Virus record (IMG/VR): IMGVR_UViG_3300042894_000686
Location: 1 to 33,684 of that record
Strand: one strand, 5' to 3'
Length of the DNA stretch: 33,684 nucleotides
DNA from: a virus
Lineage: Duplodnaviria; Caudoviricetes
The position numbers were made by a program, and so were the translations under genes. Of this stretch, positions 9,400 through 18,073 are shown piece by piece; the stretch's first letter is position 1, and every line of letters starts with the position of its first letter. Below the pieces are notes generated by a model. It was given only the letters and a program-made list of their open reading frames with translations, ran no database searches and was not told where the DNA came from.

Positions 9400-12024
9400 T
9401 TATTTTGTACGATCATTAATAAATTTTGCACGTTTTTGTCTTTGCTCTACAATTTTAAATATTCCATTGGCATTTGCAGTTACCGTTGTTTTCGGCATAT
9501 ACTTTGGCAAATCACTTAATACATTTTCAATACGTTCCAATCTATTTTCCAACATTGAATTGTCTGAATTTACATTAACAAAAAATGATTTTCCACCCAA
9601 TTCATTGGATAAATTTATATCATTACCACCAACGTTTTGCAATGCTTTCATCAATCCACCGGATTGGTATCCATTGGCAAAATTATTCAGCAAATCGGCC
9701 GGTATTTTGTTATTATGAACGGCACTCAATACATTCCAATATTTTTTGTTTGTATCGGTTGTAATTACACGTTCACCACGGTTTAACCTGGCCGGAACTT
9801 TATCACGACCGGCACCATATTTCATATCCGGATCAATAAATTCCGAACCTTCATAGAATGCATTTCCGGCGGCCAATCTTGCTTGTGCAAATCCGGCTAA
9901 TAATGCAATGATTGTTGATGCAATGGTGAATGGTGCGGCAATTCCACCTTCTGCGGCCGCTTTTGCAATTGCCAATGTACTATTAACAGTCAATTGTATC
10001 AATGCAATTGCCTTTTCCTTTTCAACGGCTCTTTGGCGTTCAGCTTCAACTTGTTCCAATCTTTTTTTCTCGATCTCTAATTGCCTGGCATTAAAATCCT
10101 CTGAATTACCACGTATTTCATCCAATGTCGATTTTGATTTATCGGCCGCACGATCTAATTGTTGTATGTAGGCTTGTGCTTGTGCTGATAAAACTGAAAA
10201 TATTGCATCGGATCCGGATTGAATTAAATCAAATGTTCGATCTCTAATATCTTTAAATTTATCCTCTGTATTTTCGGCAAAATCTGTTAATGGTTTTTCC
10301 AATTGTGCAATCTGTAATTCCAATTGTGCAATTTGTGATTGTGTATCGGCCGTGTCAATACCTAAAATGAATTGTTGTTGCATCACTTCTTTTGCAATCT
10401 TTAAACGTTCCTTTGCAATTTTCAATTCATTTTGCCTTTCGATATTTAATTTACGTTTATTGAATTCGGCATCAATACGTTCAATTTCGGTTTTTAAAGA
10501 TTTTTCATCTTTGATCGTATTAATAGCACTTTGTATTGATGCATTTCGTAATTCCTCATTACCGGCTAATGCTAAATTTAATTCAGCATCATTGGTTGTT
10601 TCCAAATATGCTAATATTTTATCTTGTGATTCTTTGAATGCATCAAAACGTTCTTTGTTTATTTCATCAACGGTTTGTAATTCAACATTTTTATACCTTT
10701 CATTTTCCTCATTACGTAACATTTCATTATATGCAATAAATTCATCTGCGGCTTGTTTCATTGCTAATGCACGATCATAAATATCTTGTTTTTCTTGTTC
10801 CAACAATTGTTTGTTAGATTTGTCAATTTCTTTGTTGGATTTTTCAGCTGATTGTGTTACAACTTCAAATGATCCGGTTAACGTTGATACATCAACCGAT
10901 TTTACTAATAAATCTATTAATGCACTTTCAGTTGCATTCAATGCCGTTAATTCTTGTTTTGTTGTTTCAATTACTGCATTGATTTCCTCAAAACGTTTCT
11001 TATCGGCTTCCCTTCCCTTCTCATTTAATGATCCAAATGGATCAGCTTCAATTGATGCAATTTCATCTTGAATTGCCTTAATACGATTTATATCACCGGC
11101 TTGAATTGCAACTTGTTCCGATCTCCTTAATGATTCAATTCGTTTTTTATTGGCATCAAAAAATTTAACCGTTTGTAATTGACGTTCCTTTTCTAATTTT
11201 AATATTTGTTTTATTGATTCTTGTTGCAATTTTGTTTTTTCCTCTGCAATTATTTTTTTCGCAATTTCTGATGCGACTGCACGATATGCCAATGCCAATT
11301 CAGCTTGTCCGGCTTTCTCTAAATTAATATTTTTTAGATATTCCGGATAACGTTTTTGCAATTCAGCTATAATTGCCGCTTTATTACCAATACCTTTATT
11401 TGCCTGGTTTAATGCTCCAAAAAGATTATTCAATTCTGTTGTTTCATTAATATATGAATCCACAATACTATCGGTGGCTTTTTGTAATGCCGTTGTTTCT
11501 TGTTCGGTTTCTTTTGTGAATCCTAAAAAATCAGATATGTAACCTATTGCCGTAGGTAAAAATGATACCAATAAACCAAATGGATTCAATCCACCTAATA
11601 ATCGAAAAACATTACCCAACATCATTCCGGCTCTACGCATGGAATTTATTTTTTTGGCACCATCAAATAATGTTGATCCTAATGATTTATTTTTTGTGGC
11701 TAATTCACCGGTTGAAACGGCCAATTGTTTGTTTGTTTTATCTAATTCAGCCGTTACAACTTTGCCGGTATGCGTTTCCTTATTAGCTTTCTTTTGCGTT
11801 TCAACCAATACATTACGTTTTGCATTCAGATTTTCAACTCCTTTTGCTTCCATACCTAATGTACGTGTCAATTCACCTTGTGCATCGGCCAAATCATTTG
11901 TGGCATCCTGGCCTTCAATAATGGAATCAGATAATTCCTCAATTTTACCAATTGCCGAATCAACTTCACTTTGAAATTGTGATGCATTAAATTCTAAACT
12001 ATAGACATCTTTTATTTCAGCCAT
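9400..12024 (-). CDS. Tail tape measure protein
   Basis: 874 aa, A/E/K/Q-rich coiled coil with hydrophobic patches, C-terminal 'FYEG...DKVPARLNRGERVI' motif, directly after the frameshifted chaperone pair. Confidence 0.88.
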   Translation of the reverse strand: MAEIKDVYSLEFNASQFQSEVDSAIGKIEELSDSIIEGQDATNDLADAQGELTRTLGMEAKGVENLNAKRNVLVETQKKANKETHTGKVVTAELDKTNKQLAVSTGELATKNKSLGSTLFDGAKKINSMRRAGMMLGNVFRLLGGLNPFGLLVSFLPTAIGYISDFLGFTKETEQETTALQKATDSIVDSYINETTELNNLFGALNQANKGIGNKAAIIAELQKRYPEYLKNINLEKAGQAELALAYRAVASEIAKKIIAEEKTKLQQESIKQILKLEKERQLQTVKFFDANKKRIESLRRSEQVAIQAGDINRIKAIQDEIASIEADPFGSLNEKGREADKKRFEEINAVIETTKQELTALNATESALIDLLVKSVDVSTLTGSFEVVTQSAEKSNKEIDKSNKQLLEQEKQDIYDRALAMKQAADEFIAYNEMLRNEENERYKNVELQTVDEINKERFDAFKESQDKILAYLETTNDAELNLALAGNEELRNASIQSAINTIKDEKSLKTEIERIDAEFNKRKLNIERQNELKIAKERLKIAKEVMQQQFILGIDTADTQSQIAQLELQIAQLEKPLTDFAENTEDKFKDIRDRTFDLIQSGSDAIFSVLSAQAQAYIQQLDRAADKSKSTLDEIRGNSEDFNARQLEIEKKRLEQVEAERQRAVEKEKAIALIQLTVNSTLAIAKAAAEGGIAAPFTIASTIIALLAGFAQARLAAGNAFYEGSEFIDPDMKYGAGRDKVPARLNRGERVITTDTNKKYWNVLSAVHNNKIPADLLNNFANGYQSGGLMKALQNVGGNDINLSNELGGKSFFVNVNSDNSMLENRLERIENVLSDLPKYMPKTTVTANANGIFKIVEQRQKRAKFINDRTK

Positions 12025-12329
12025 TATTTATTCAATTTATTTTTACTTTCAATCTGTTTTGCTCGATCATTATCTTTTAATATTTGTTCCAATGCCGAAT
12101 AATAATCAGCAATAATCCAATATTTTACGTTTTGCATTTCAACCGGATTACCTTTTGTGATAATGTAGTCATTTTCCCTTGTCATTTCACGAAATGATGT
12201 TAATGCCGATTGATAAAATTTTTTCTTTTTGTTCTTTTTACCACCATCATCCTTCAATAACCTTGGAAAATTTAATCGTTTATAGCGTTCGAACCTTTCA
12301 ATATTTGTTCGATACTGTTCAAAAAAAAA
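12024..12329 (-). CDS. Tail assembly chaperone gpT-like extension, reached by -1 frameshift
   Basis: The frame of ORF 12024..12257 stays open upstream to the T9 run at 12321-12329 (FFFEQYRTNIERFERYKRLNFPRLLKDDGG...) and is closed by TAG just before the run. No upstream ATG. Confidence 0.82.
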   Translation of the reverse strand, partial: FFFEQYRTNIERFERYKRLNFPRLLKDDGGKKNKKKKFYQSALTSFREMTRENDYIITKGNPVEMQNVKYWIIADYYSALEQILKDNDRAKQIESKNKLNK

Positions 12330-12832
12330 CTACGTAATTCATCATCGGCCTTTATACATTCCAATTTACGTTGTTGTGTTTCCTCGTTTATGATGTATGG
12401 ATTTTCACCATCGATGTAAAAAAAATACAATGCGGCCTGGATTAACATATCATCCAATTTTATTCGTTTCATCCGGAATAACATATCACCAATATCATTC
12501 GTTGATGATTCGACAAATTGTCTTAATTTATCACGTGTCATGTTTTGCCATGGCATTTCCTTTATTTCGGCCAATAAACTATTCAACTTATTTTCGATTT
12601 CATCCTTTGATACACCGTATTCGATTGCCAATAATGATTCCTCGATTCGTTGTGAACGTTCACGTGTTAAATGTCCTGGATTTTTCAAGATATAAAAATT
12701 GTTATCATATCGATCTGTCCATATTCTAACTAATTCAATTTTTTGATTTGTTGTTGTCGGTATATACGTTTTTAACCATTTTTGATAATTAGATTCGTTT
12801 TGTTCCGATCTGTTTTTTTTCTTGAATATCAT
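12272..12832 (-). CDS. Tail assembly chaperone (gpG-like)
   Basis: 186 aa helical protein two ORFs upstream of tape measure, with slippery T TTT TTT near its 3' end. Confidence 0.8.
   Translation of the reverse strand: MIFKKKNRSEQNESNYQKWLKTYIPTTTNQKIELVRIWTDRYDNNFYILKNPGHLTRERSQRIEESLLAIEYGVSKDEIENKLNSLLAEIKEMPWQNMTRDKLRQFVESSTNDIGDMLFRMKRIKLDDMLIQAALYFFYIDGENPYIINEETQQRKLECIKADDELRSFFLNSIEQILKGSNAIND
12321..12329 (-). other. Programmed -1 ribosomal frameshift slippery site (T9)
   Basis: AGT TTT TTT TTG fits X XXY YYZ and links the gpG frame to the downstream -1 frame. Confidence 0.82.
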
Positions 12833-12852
12833 ATATTGTTTTATGTTTTAAA

Positions 12853-12860
12853 CAAAGATA
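12853..12860 (-). promoter_or_regulatory. Bacteroidota-type -7 element TATCTTTG for the tail operon
   Basis: Exact TAnnTTTG match 20 nt upstream of the ATG at 12832. Confidence 0.55.
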
Positions 12861-12905
12861 GTTTAGTTAGATGTAAAATATTTTGTAAAATAATTATAAA
12901 ATATG

Positions 12906-12935
12906 TTGCAAATATGAAAAACGGTTGTATCTTTA
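12906..12935 (+). promoter_or_regulatory. Bacteroidota-type promoter for the plus-strand island
   Basis: TTG (12906-12908), 19-nt spacer, TATCTTTA (12928-12935; one mismatch to TAnnTTTG). Confidence 0.55.
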
Positions 12936-12968
12936 TGCTATTGAATAACACAACATAAAAAAAATATC

Positions 12969-13370
12969 ATGAAAGCATTAAAAAATAAAACGGCATTTAA
13001 TGGACAATTAAAACAAATGAATTCCAATACATATGAATTGAGAAAAAAAGTAATGGAAATAATTTATGAATGTAAAAAAAATGGTTTTATCCTTCCACGA
13101 ATAGAAATTAGAATTGTTAATGAACAAACAGATGCATGTGCATATGCATATTTAGGTAAAAATATAATTCATGTAAATGAAAAATATATTACAGAAAATT
13201 ATTCTAAATATTTTACACAAATAATTTTACATGAAATTGTACATGCATGTTTTGGAATTGGTGAAATTAAAGGATGTAAACTAATGCATTGCAGTAAATT
13301 TTGGGAAAATAAAATAAACGTTTATGATGCATGGAAAATATTCAATAAATATTATTTATCTAATAAATAA
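12969..13370 (+). CDS. SprT-like zinc metallopeptidase domain protein
   Basis: ILHEIVHACF (HExxH), preceded by 'ACAYAY..KNIIHVN' strands, with a downstream 'CKLMH'. Confidence 0.7.
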   Translation: MKALKNKTAFNGQLKQMNSNTYELRKKVMEIIYECKKNGFILPRIEIRIVNEQTDACAYAYLGKNIIHVNEKYITENYSKYFTQIILHEIVHACFGIGEIKGCKLMHCSKFWENKINVYDAWKIFNKYYLSNK

Positions 13371-13385
13371 CCAAACCCCTGGTTG

Positions 13386-13412
13386 CCGGTGATCCTTAAA
13401 CCGGTTTTTTTT
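13386..13412 (+). terminator. Putative terminator after the SprT-like gene
   Basis: GCCGGT-N9-ACCGGT stem followed by a T tract. Confidence 0.5.
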
Positions 13413-13432
13413 AAACTCAAATACTTTAACAC

Positions 13433-13684
13433 ATGGCAACATTTAAATTTAAAGATCATGAAATTGTGGTTTTCGGTAAATATCACAAACATCAATACGG
13501 TGATCGTGATCGATCCGGTGGTAAATTGGAACCGGATGAACCGGCACATTGGGAAATTACCGAAATATATTTTAACGGCATCGAATCAGATATATATGAA
13601 ATCTGTGATGAATTGGATGTAAATTGTGATCAGTTTATTGATCGATGTGAACGTGCATTAAAAAATGATTTTTTAGAATTTTAA
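13433..13684 (+). CDS. Hypothetical acidic protein
   Basis: 83 aa ORF with A-rich leader, tiled with neighbours. Confidence 0.75.
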   Translation: MATFKFKDHEIVVFGKYHKHQYGDRDRSGGKLEPDEPAHWEITEIYFNGIESDIYEICDELDVNCDQFIDRCERALKNDFLEF

Positions 13685-13697
13685 ACCTATTTAAAAC

Positions 13698-14066
13698 ATG
13701 AAATTGTTTATCCATAAAATTATTGATCGATCGGAATATTATTTGTTGAATGAAAATGAATCCGGATCCATTGGTTGTGCTGATGTGACAATTGTCAATC
13801 ACGAACCTAAAAAAATACAATCGGATTTTGTTCGACCAAATCAATATCGAATTGCATATCTATACAACAACAAAAATTATTGTGTCGTTGATTCGGTTAA
13901 ATACAATCAAACACATTTGTTGTCAATTGATGTATCCGGTGAATTATCCGGTATATTAGGCCAATTGGATGATATATATCAAACAATGATCGACAATCAA
14001 AAAATGATTGAGGAAATTAAAGAAAAAATATTACAATTACAATTTAAAAAAATTGATCATGAATAG
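13698..14066 (+). CDS. Hypothetical protein with C-terminal coiled coil
   Basis: 122 aa ORF, tiled in the island. Confidence 0.72.
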   Translation: MKLFIHKIIDRSEYYLLNENESGSIGCADVTIVNHEPKKIQSDFVRPNQYRIAYLYNNKNYCVVDSVKYNQTHLLSIDVSGELSGILGQLDDIYQTMIDNQKMIEEIKEKILQLQFKKIDHE

Positions 14067-14184
14067 TTTAATTCTAATTATTGCAATATTATGCATCACC
14101 ATTGGTTTATTGATTCAAACGGCAAATAGACCAATTCAATATCGGAAAAATAAATATGATGATGCCGAACCTAAAAATCACTAA
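14059..14184 (+). CDS. Small single-TM protein, 41 aa
   Basis: Hand translation MNSLILIIAILCITIGLLIQTANRPIQYRKNKYDDAEPKNH. Overlaps the previous gene end and stops 6 nt from the terL stop. Confidence 0.65.
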   Translation: MNSLILIIAILCITIGLLIQTANRPIQYRKNKYDDAEPKNH

Positions 14185-14190
14185 TTAATA

Positions 14191-15678
14191 TCAAACCGGA
14201 TTATTGTATCCGGTTTTTGTTTTTATATCCTGGCAAAACGTATTGATCAGATATCGTAAATTATCGAGTAAATCCGCTTGACGTTCCTCTCCTTTACCTT
14301 TTATTATTTGCCGTGAATTATTCGATTTGATCCTCAATACATCCATTCTAAGATTTGGACATTTATCCTCATATATTTCAAATACCGGACATTTACTGAT
14401 CAATGTATTCACTTGTACATATGATTCGGCATGTAATGGATTTGCCTTTGGTAATATTATTTTGTCGATCGGTATTTGCAATTCATCCTGGATGATCTGA
14501 TAATATGTTATCGGTACCTTTTGTCGACCATCTGATCTGTTACCGGATGCATCACCGGTTATTAAAAACGGTACCGTACATGGAAATCGATATTTTATTT
14601 CACCGTTTTGATACCATGATCCAATTTTAATTCCGGTTTCCTGGAATACCCATTCACGTATTTCATGACATGTATCATATATCGATGCTTCACCACGTTC
14701 AATGGATCCGATTTTAAACTCTTTTACAATATGAACACCGTATCGATATAATGATGTGTTAACCTGGTTGATTGTCATCGGAACCTTTTTCATTACACAT
14801 GCAGTCATAGGAATTTTATTGAAATCAAATGACAAATATAATTGATCAGCACCCCAAACAATTGGTTTTGATTTCGTGAATACACGATTTTGCAAATCTT
14901 TATCTTTTAAAACATAAACCCATGCCTCACCGGAATAATCAACAAACACCGACATGTACTCTTGTTCAAATGTCAATGAATCCAAATCACGTGATGCATC
15001 ATGAACTTCCATTGGATCAATCATCGGATTATCGGTTGTGATCATCCGGAATGTACACCATGATTCCGATGTATTTTCGGATTGTGGCAAATCCATTTCA
15101 TTATAAAAATTAAACTCTGATCCACCATTACGTGAACCATTTTGACATAAACGGTACCAATAATTATCCTTACCGGCCGCCGTACCAATGAAAAATGCAT
15201 CACCTTTGAAATCTGTTAATGTAGGCCTGGCAACCGTTTTCCAATGATATTCCAATATATGTGATGGTATCTTTTGCGTTTCCTCATAAATGATCCGGTG
15301 ATATTTACGGCCTCGACCTTTTTCCTTTCGGCCTTCATCACCAATCGACCAAACTTCCAATACACCACCGTTTAAAAATTTAATAATCTTTGATGTATCA
15401 TCTTTATGTTCGATCAATCCACCTTCAGATTTCAATCGATACGTTTCAATAATCTTTGTCCATGACTGTGCAAAATCTTTAAAATCATCAACGAATATAC
15501 CAACATATTTACCATAAAAAACGGCCGGTGCAATCAATGGTAATGCAACCGATGTGATCAATTCAGTTTTACCAAAACGCCTGGCACATACAATACAATT
15601 AAACCTTCGATGATTTTCTTGTATACGTTTTTGACCATCATGTGGTTTGTATAATGTAATGTCAATATTTTTTGGCAT
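14191..15678 (-). CDS. terL: Terminase large subunit
   Basis: KPHDGQ adenine-binding motif, Walker A CARRFGKT, 'GRGRKYHRIIYEE' Walker B region, nuclease acidic motifs LSFDFN, GDASG and DLLDNLRY. Confidence 0.93.
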   Translation of the reverse strand: MPKNIDITLYKPHDGQKRIQENHRRFNCIVCARRFGKTELITSVALPLIAPAVFYGKYVGIFVDDFKDFAQSWTKIIETYRLKSEGGLIEHKDDTSKIIKFLNGGVLEVWSIGDEGRKEKGRGRKYHRIIYEETQKIPSHILEYHWKTVARPTLTDFKGDAFFIGTAAGKDNYWYRLCQNGSRNGGSEFNFYNEMDLPQSENTSESWCTFRMITTDNPMIDPMEVHDASRDLDSLTFEQEYMSVFVDYSGEAWVYVLKDKDLQNRVFTKSKPIVWGADQLYLSFDFNKIPMTACVMKKVPMTINQVNTSLYRYGVHIVKEFKIGSIERGEASIYDTCHEIREWVFQETGIKIGSWYQNGEIKYRFPCTVPFLITGDASGNRSDGRQKVPITYYQIIQDELQIPIDKIILPKANPLHAESYVQVNTLISKCPVFEIYEDKCPNLRMDVLRIKSNNSRQIIKGKGEERQADLLDNLRYLINTFCQDIKTKTGYNNPV

Positions 15679-15690
15679 ATCGTACCGGTA

Positions 15691-16098
15691 TTAATCCGGA
15701 TATTTAATGTTGATATTTACATTGTGATCGGAACCATCATCCGGATCCTTATCACGGAATCCATAATTGTTTTTCAAATTAAAGATTGTGATTGCCGGAT
15801 TATTATCACCATCCAATGCACGTTCAGTTAAATTAGCCAATATTTTTGCTTTGGCTTTTTTAATTGTGGGAAAAAATTGTGCGTATTCCGGATTGGTTTC
15901 GTAATTTAATAATGATCTTCTATCAATCTCTAATGCAACGGCCAAACCTTCAATTGTGTATGGCTTCGGTGCCGTTTTTGTGTATTTTTCACCATCCTTT
16001 GTGATGAAATCTTTTTGCCTGGTGTCACATTCGTGAAAATATTTATTGATAGCATTTTCCAATTGTTCAACCGTTTCAAATATTTTATATCGACCCAT
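15691..16098 (-). CDS. terS: Terminase small subunit (P22 gp3-like DNA-packaging family)
   Basis: MGR..FETVEQLENAINKYF...PYTIEGLAVAL.IDRRSLLNYE...IFNLKNNYGFRD, directly upstream of terL. Start set at 16098 rather than 16161. Confidence 0.88.
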   Translation of the reverse strand: MGRYKIFETVEQLENAINKYFHECDTRQKDFITKDGEKYTKTAPKPYTIEGLAVALEIDRRSLLNYETNPEYAQFFPTIKKAKAKILANLTERALDGDNNPAITIFNLKNNYGFRDKDPDDGSDHNVNINIKYPD

Positions 16099-16111
16099 AT
16101 AATTTTTTTTA

Positions 16112-16142
16112 TAAAGGTAAAAATAAAATAAAACGATTACAA
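16112..16142 (-). promoter_or_regulatory. Bacteroidota-type promoter for terS-terL
   Basis: TTG (16142-16140), 20-nt spacer, TACCTTTA (16119-16112), 13 nt upstream of ATG 16098. Confidence 0.5.
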
Positions 16143-16173
16143 TAAAAATGCAAAAAAACATAAAATATTCGTT

Positions 16174-16590
16174 TTAAGACCATCAAAATAATAAAGTGAT
16201 ATATTGATACCGTTTTGATATTAAAATGTCTATAATACGGCAAAGAATTGCATTTAAGACTATATATACATATTTGCCGGAATAGAATAAAATTAAACGG
16301 AATTGATTAAAAATAGTTATAAATCAATATATATCGGCATTACAATAAAAAACTTAAGAAAATTAAGAGACACCTCAACACGAAAACCCCGATAAACACT
16401 GTATATATATATATATTAATTAACTTAACTATAAATATATATATATATATATATAAATTCTATTTGACCCTATATGTGACGTTTTTTTTCTATGTATGTT
16501 ATTTTTTTTTAAAAAACTTAAGACGTACCAAAAAAAAGACCTCAAACGTAATACCAAACGGCATTTGAGTCTCTTAACATCGTCTTAAGT
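16174..16590. repeat. Non-coding repeat region: TTAAGA copies, two (TA)n tracts and an inverted repeat; candidate origin or packaging site
   Basis: TTAAGA at 16174, 16254, 16354, 16363, 16518 and inverted at 16572 and 16583. (TA)n at 16402-16416 and 16435-16455. ACTTAAGACG 16516-16525 / CGTCTTAAGT 16581-16590. Confidence 0.65.
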
Positions 16591-16658
16591 CATTCAGTAT
16601 TTATCGGCATTTCAGCATATTAACTAAATTAACATTTTTTATTATGATTTGTATTTTG

Positions 16659-16666
16659 TAAATTTG
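16659..16666 (+). promoter_or_regulatory. Bacteroidota-type -7 element TAAATTTG for the DUF3127 gene
   Basis: Exact TAnnTTTG match about 30 nt upstream of ATG 16698. Confidence 0.5.
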
Positions 16667-16697
16667 AATATTATTAAAACACATAAACAATAAAAAA

Positions 16698-16985
16698 ATG
16701 AATTTTGAAATCAAAGGAGAATTGATCTACACCGGATCAGTAACAGAAAATGCAAAGGGATTTATCAAATCTGATTTTGTAATCCGAACCCTGGATGAAA
16801 AATATCCTCAAGAAATCAAATTTGAATTGTTCAAAGACAATACAAAAAAGATTGATGATATTACCATCGGATCAAAAATAAACGTACATTTTAACATCAA
16901 AGGTCGACAATGGAATGATAAATGGTTGACCTCGATTGAATGTTGGAAAATAGATTTGATTGAATTAAACAAAAATCCATTTTAA
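16698..16985 (+). CDS. DUF3127 family protein (OB-fold, SSB-like)
   Basis: 'F.K.DFVI.T..EKYPQEIKFELF.D....IG..INV.FNIKGRQWN.KW.TSI.CWKI' is the DUF3127 pattern typical of Bacteroidota and their phages. Confidence 0.85.
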   Translation: MNFEIKGELIYTGSVTENAKGFIKSDFVIRTLDEKYPQEIKFELFKDNTKKIDDITIGSKINVHFNIKGRQWNDKWLTSIECWKIDLIELNKNPF

Positions 16986-16987
16986 AT

Positions 16988-17026
16988 AAAAAAACCGGTA
17001 TCAAATTAAGGTACCGGTTTTATTTT
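16988..17026. terminator. Bidirectional terminator between convergent genes
   Basis: AAAACCGGTA (16991-17000) / TACCGGTTTT (17012-17021) stem flanked by A and T tracts. Confidence 0.75.
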
Positions 17027-17422
17027 TTATAGTGCTAAAATTGAATAATTATCATATGATGTAACACATGCTATTTGATAGATCAGATGTGTTTCAAAAA
17101 ACGATTTTGGTGTATATGATGTCTCTGTTTCAATTTTATAAATAAGGCCTTCAAACGGCATATAATGAATCAGAAAACAATGTGTTTTGGTAAACATAAA
17201 CATCGGAATTTTAATGTCCTTATAAGTTAAAAAACTCATTGTGATGTTATCGAATTCACGTTGTGACAAATGTTTATAATGTGATATAAGGATCCAAACC
17301 GAATATTTGTCCGGAATCATTCGTTGGATGTCACATATTTGATATCCATTGATTCGATCTTTGAATTGTGATAGATCTAAGTAAGGAAATAAATCATTTA
17401 CTGATTTTACAACACAATTCAT
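17027..17422 (-). CDS. Hypothetical protein
   Basis: 131 aa, ATGA overlap with the amidase stop. Confidence 0.7.
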   Translation of the reverse strand: MNCVVKSVNDLFPYLDLSQFKDRINGYQICDIQRMIPDKYSVWILISHYKHLSQREFDNITMSFLTYKDIKIPMFMFTKTHCFLIHYMPFEGLIYKIETETSYTPKSFFETHLIYQIACVTSYDNYSILAL

Positions 17423-18072
17423 ATTACATTATTTTTAATAATATCAATCATTGATTTTACCACTTTTTGTCGAAATTCCGGTTTCATTAAAAGATCAGCA
17501 TTGTTTGGATTATCAAAAAAACCGATCTCAAAAAGTATTGCAGCCATATTTGTTGCCGTTGTGATTGTCAATGGATTGTCATTTACTAATTGTGATCTGC
17601 GTTTTGAACCATGTGCATCAAATACGTTTTGCATCGATAATGTTATTTTTTCTGCCAATTTTGCCGTTTCTGATCCTAATTTATAAACAAACGAGCAAAC
17701 ACCTTCGGCCGATGTTTGTGGTGCCGTACCAACGGCCGTTGCATTGGCATGAAATGAAAGAAACAATGATTTTGAATTATATTTTTGTTGTATTTCATTA
17801 CCGGTTTTTGGCCGATCATTCAATGGTGTATCCAAGTAAGGATGATATACCGGATGACATATATATCCGGCATCTTTAGCCTGGGACATAAATTCCAAAG
17901 CAAATTCACGATTGAATTTACCTTCATAAAACCAACCACCACCGTGATATGGTTTTCCATTTGTATGTAATGTTTTTTTGCCGATTGTCGGTGATGTTGT
18001 ATATAATCCGGTATTCGGATCAATTCCACCATGTCCGGCATCAATCAATAATAGTGTTTGTTTGATTTGCAT
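17419..18072 (-). CDS. N-acetylmuramoyl-L-alanine amidase (Amidase_3), probable endolysin
   Basis: IDAGHGG, YEGKFN, FLSFHANA and AILFEIGFFDNPND-like zinc/catalytic motifs. Start set at ATG 18072. Confidence 0.9.
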   Translation of the reverse strand: MQIKQTLLLIDAGHGGIDPNTGLYTTSPTIGKKTLHTNGKPYHGGGWFYEGKFNREFALEFMSQAKDAGYICHPVYHPYLDTPLNDRPKTGNEIQQKYNSKSLFLSFHANATAVGTAPQTSAEGVCSFVYKLGSETAKLAEKITLSMQNVFDAHGSKRRSQLVNDNPLTITTATNMAAILFEIGFFDNPNNADLLMKPEFRQKVVKSMIDIIKNNVI

Positions 18073-18073
18073 G

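Noticed and set aside
43-11974. Many plus-strand ORFs of 60-142 aa over the structural genes
   Set aside because: Antisense shadows of long minus-strand genes, with no motifs or plausible leaders.
12024-12257. Independent gene starting at TTG 12257
   Set aside because: Better explained as the 3' part of the frameshift product, since the frame is open back to the T9 run.
12418-12425. Second T8 run in the chaperone gene as the frameshift site
   Set aside because: Its -1 frame reaches TGA within a few codons and cannot connect to the downstream ORF.
16099-16161. Hydrophobic N-terminal extension of terS
   Set aside because: It is a translation of T-rich promoter DNA. The family pattern starts at MGR (16098) and a promoter lies inside the extension.
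16170-16600. CRISPR array or tRNA in the non-coding region
   Set aside because: Repeats are short, degenerate and irregularly spaced. No cloverleaf or T-loop consensus was seen.
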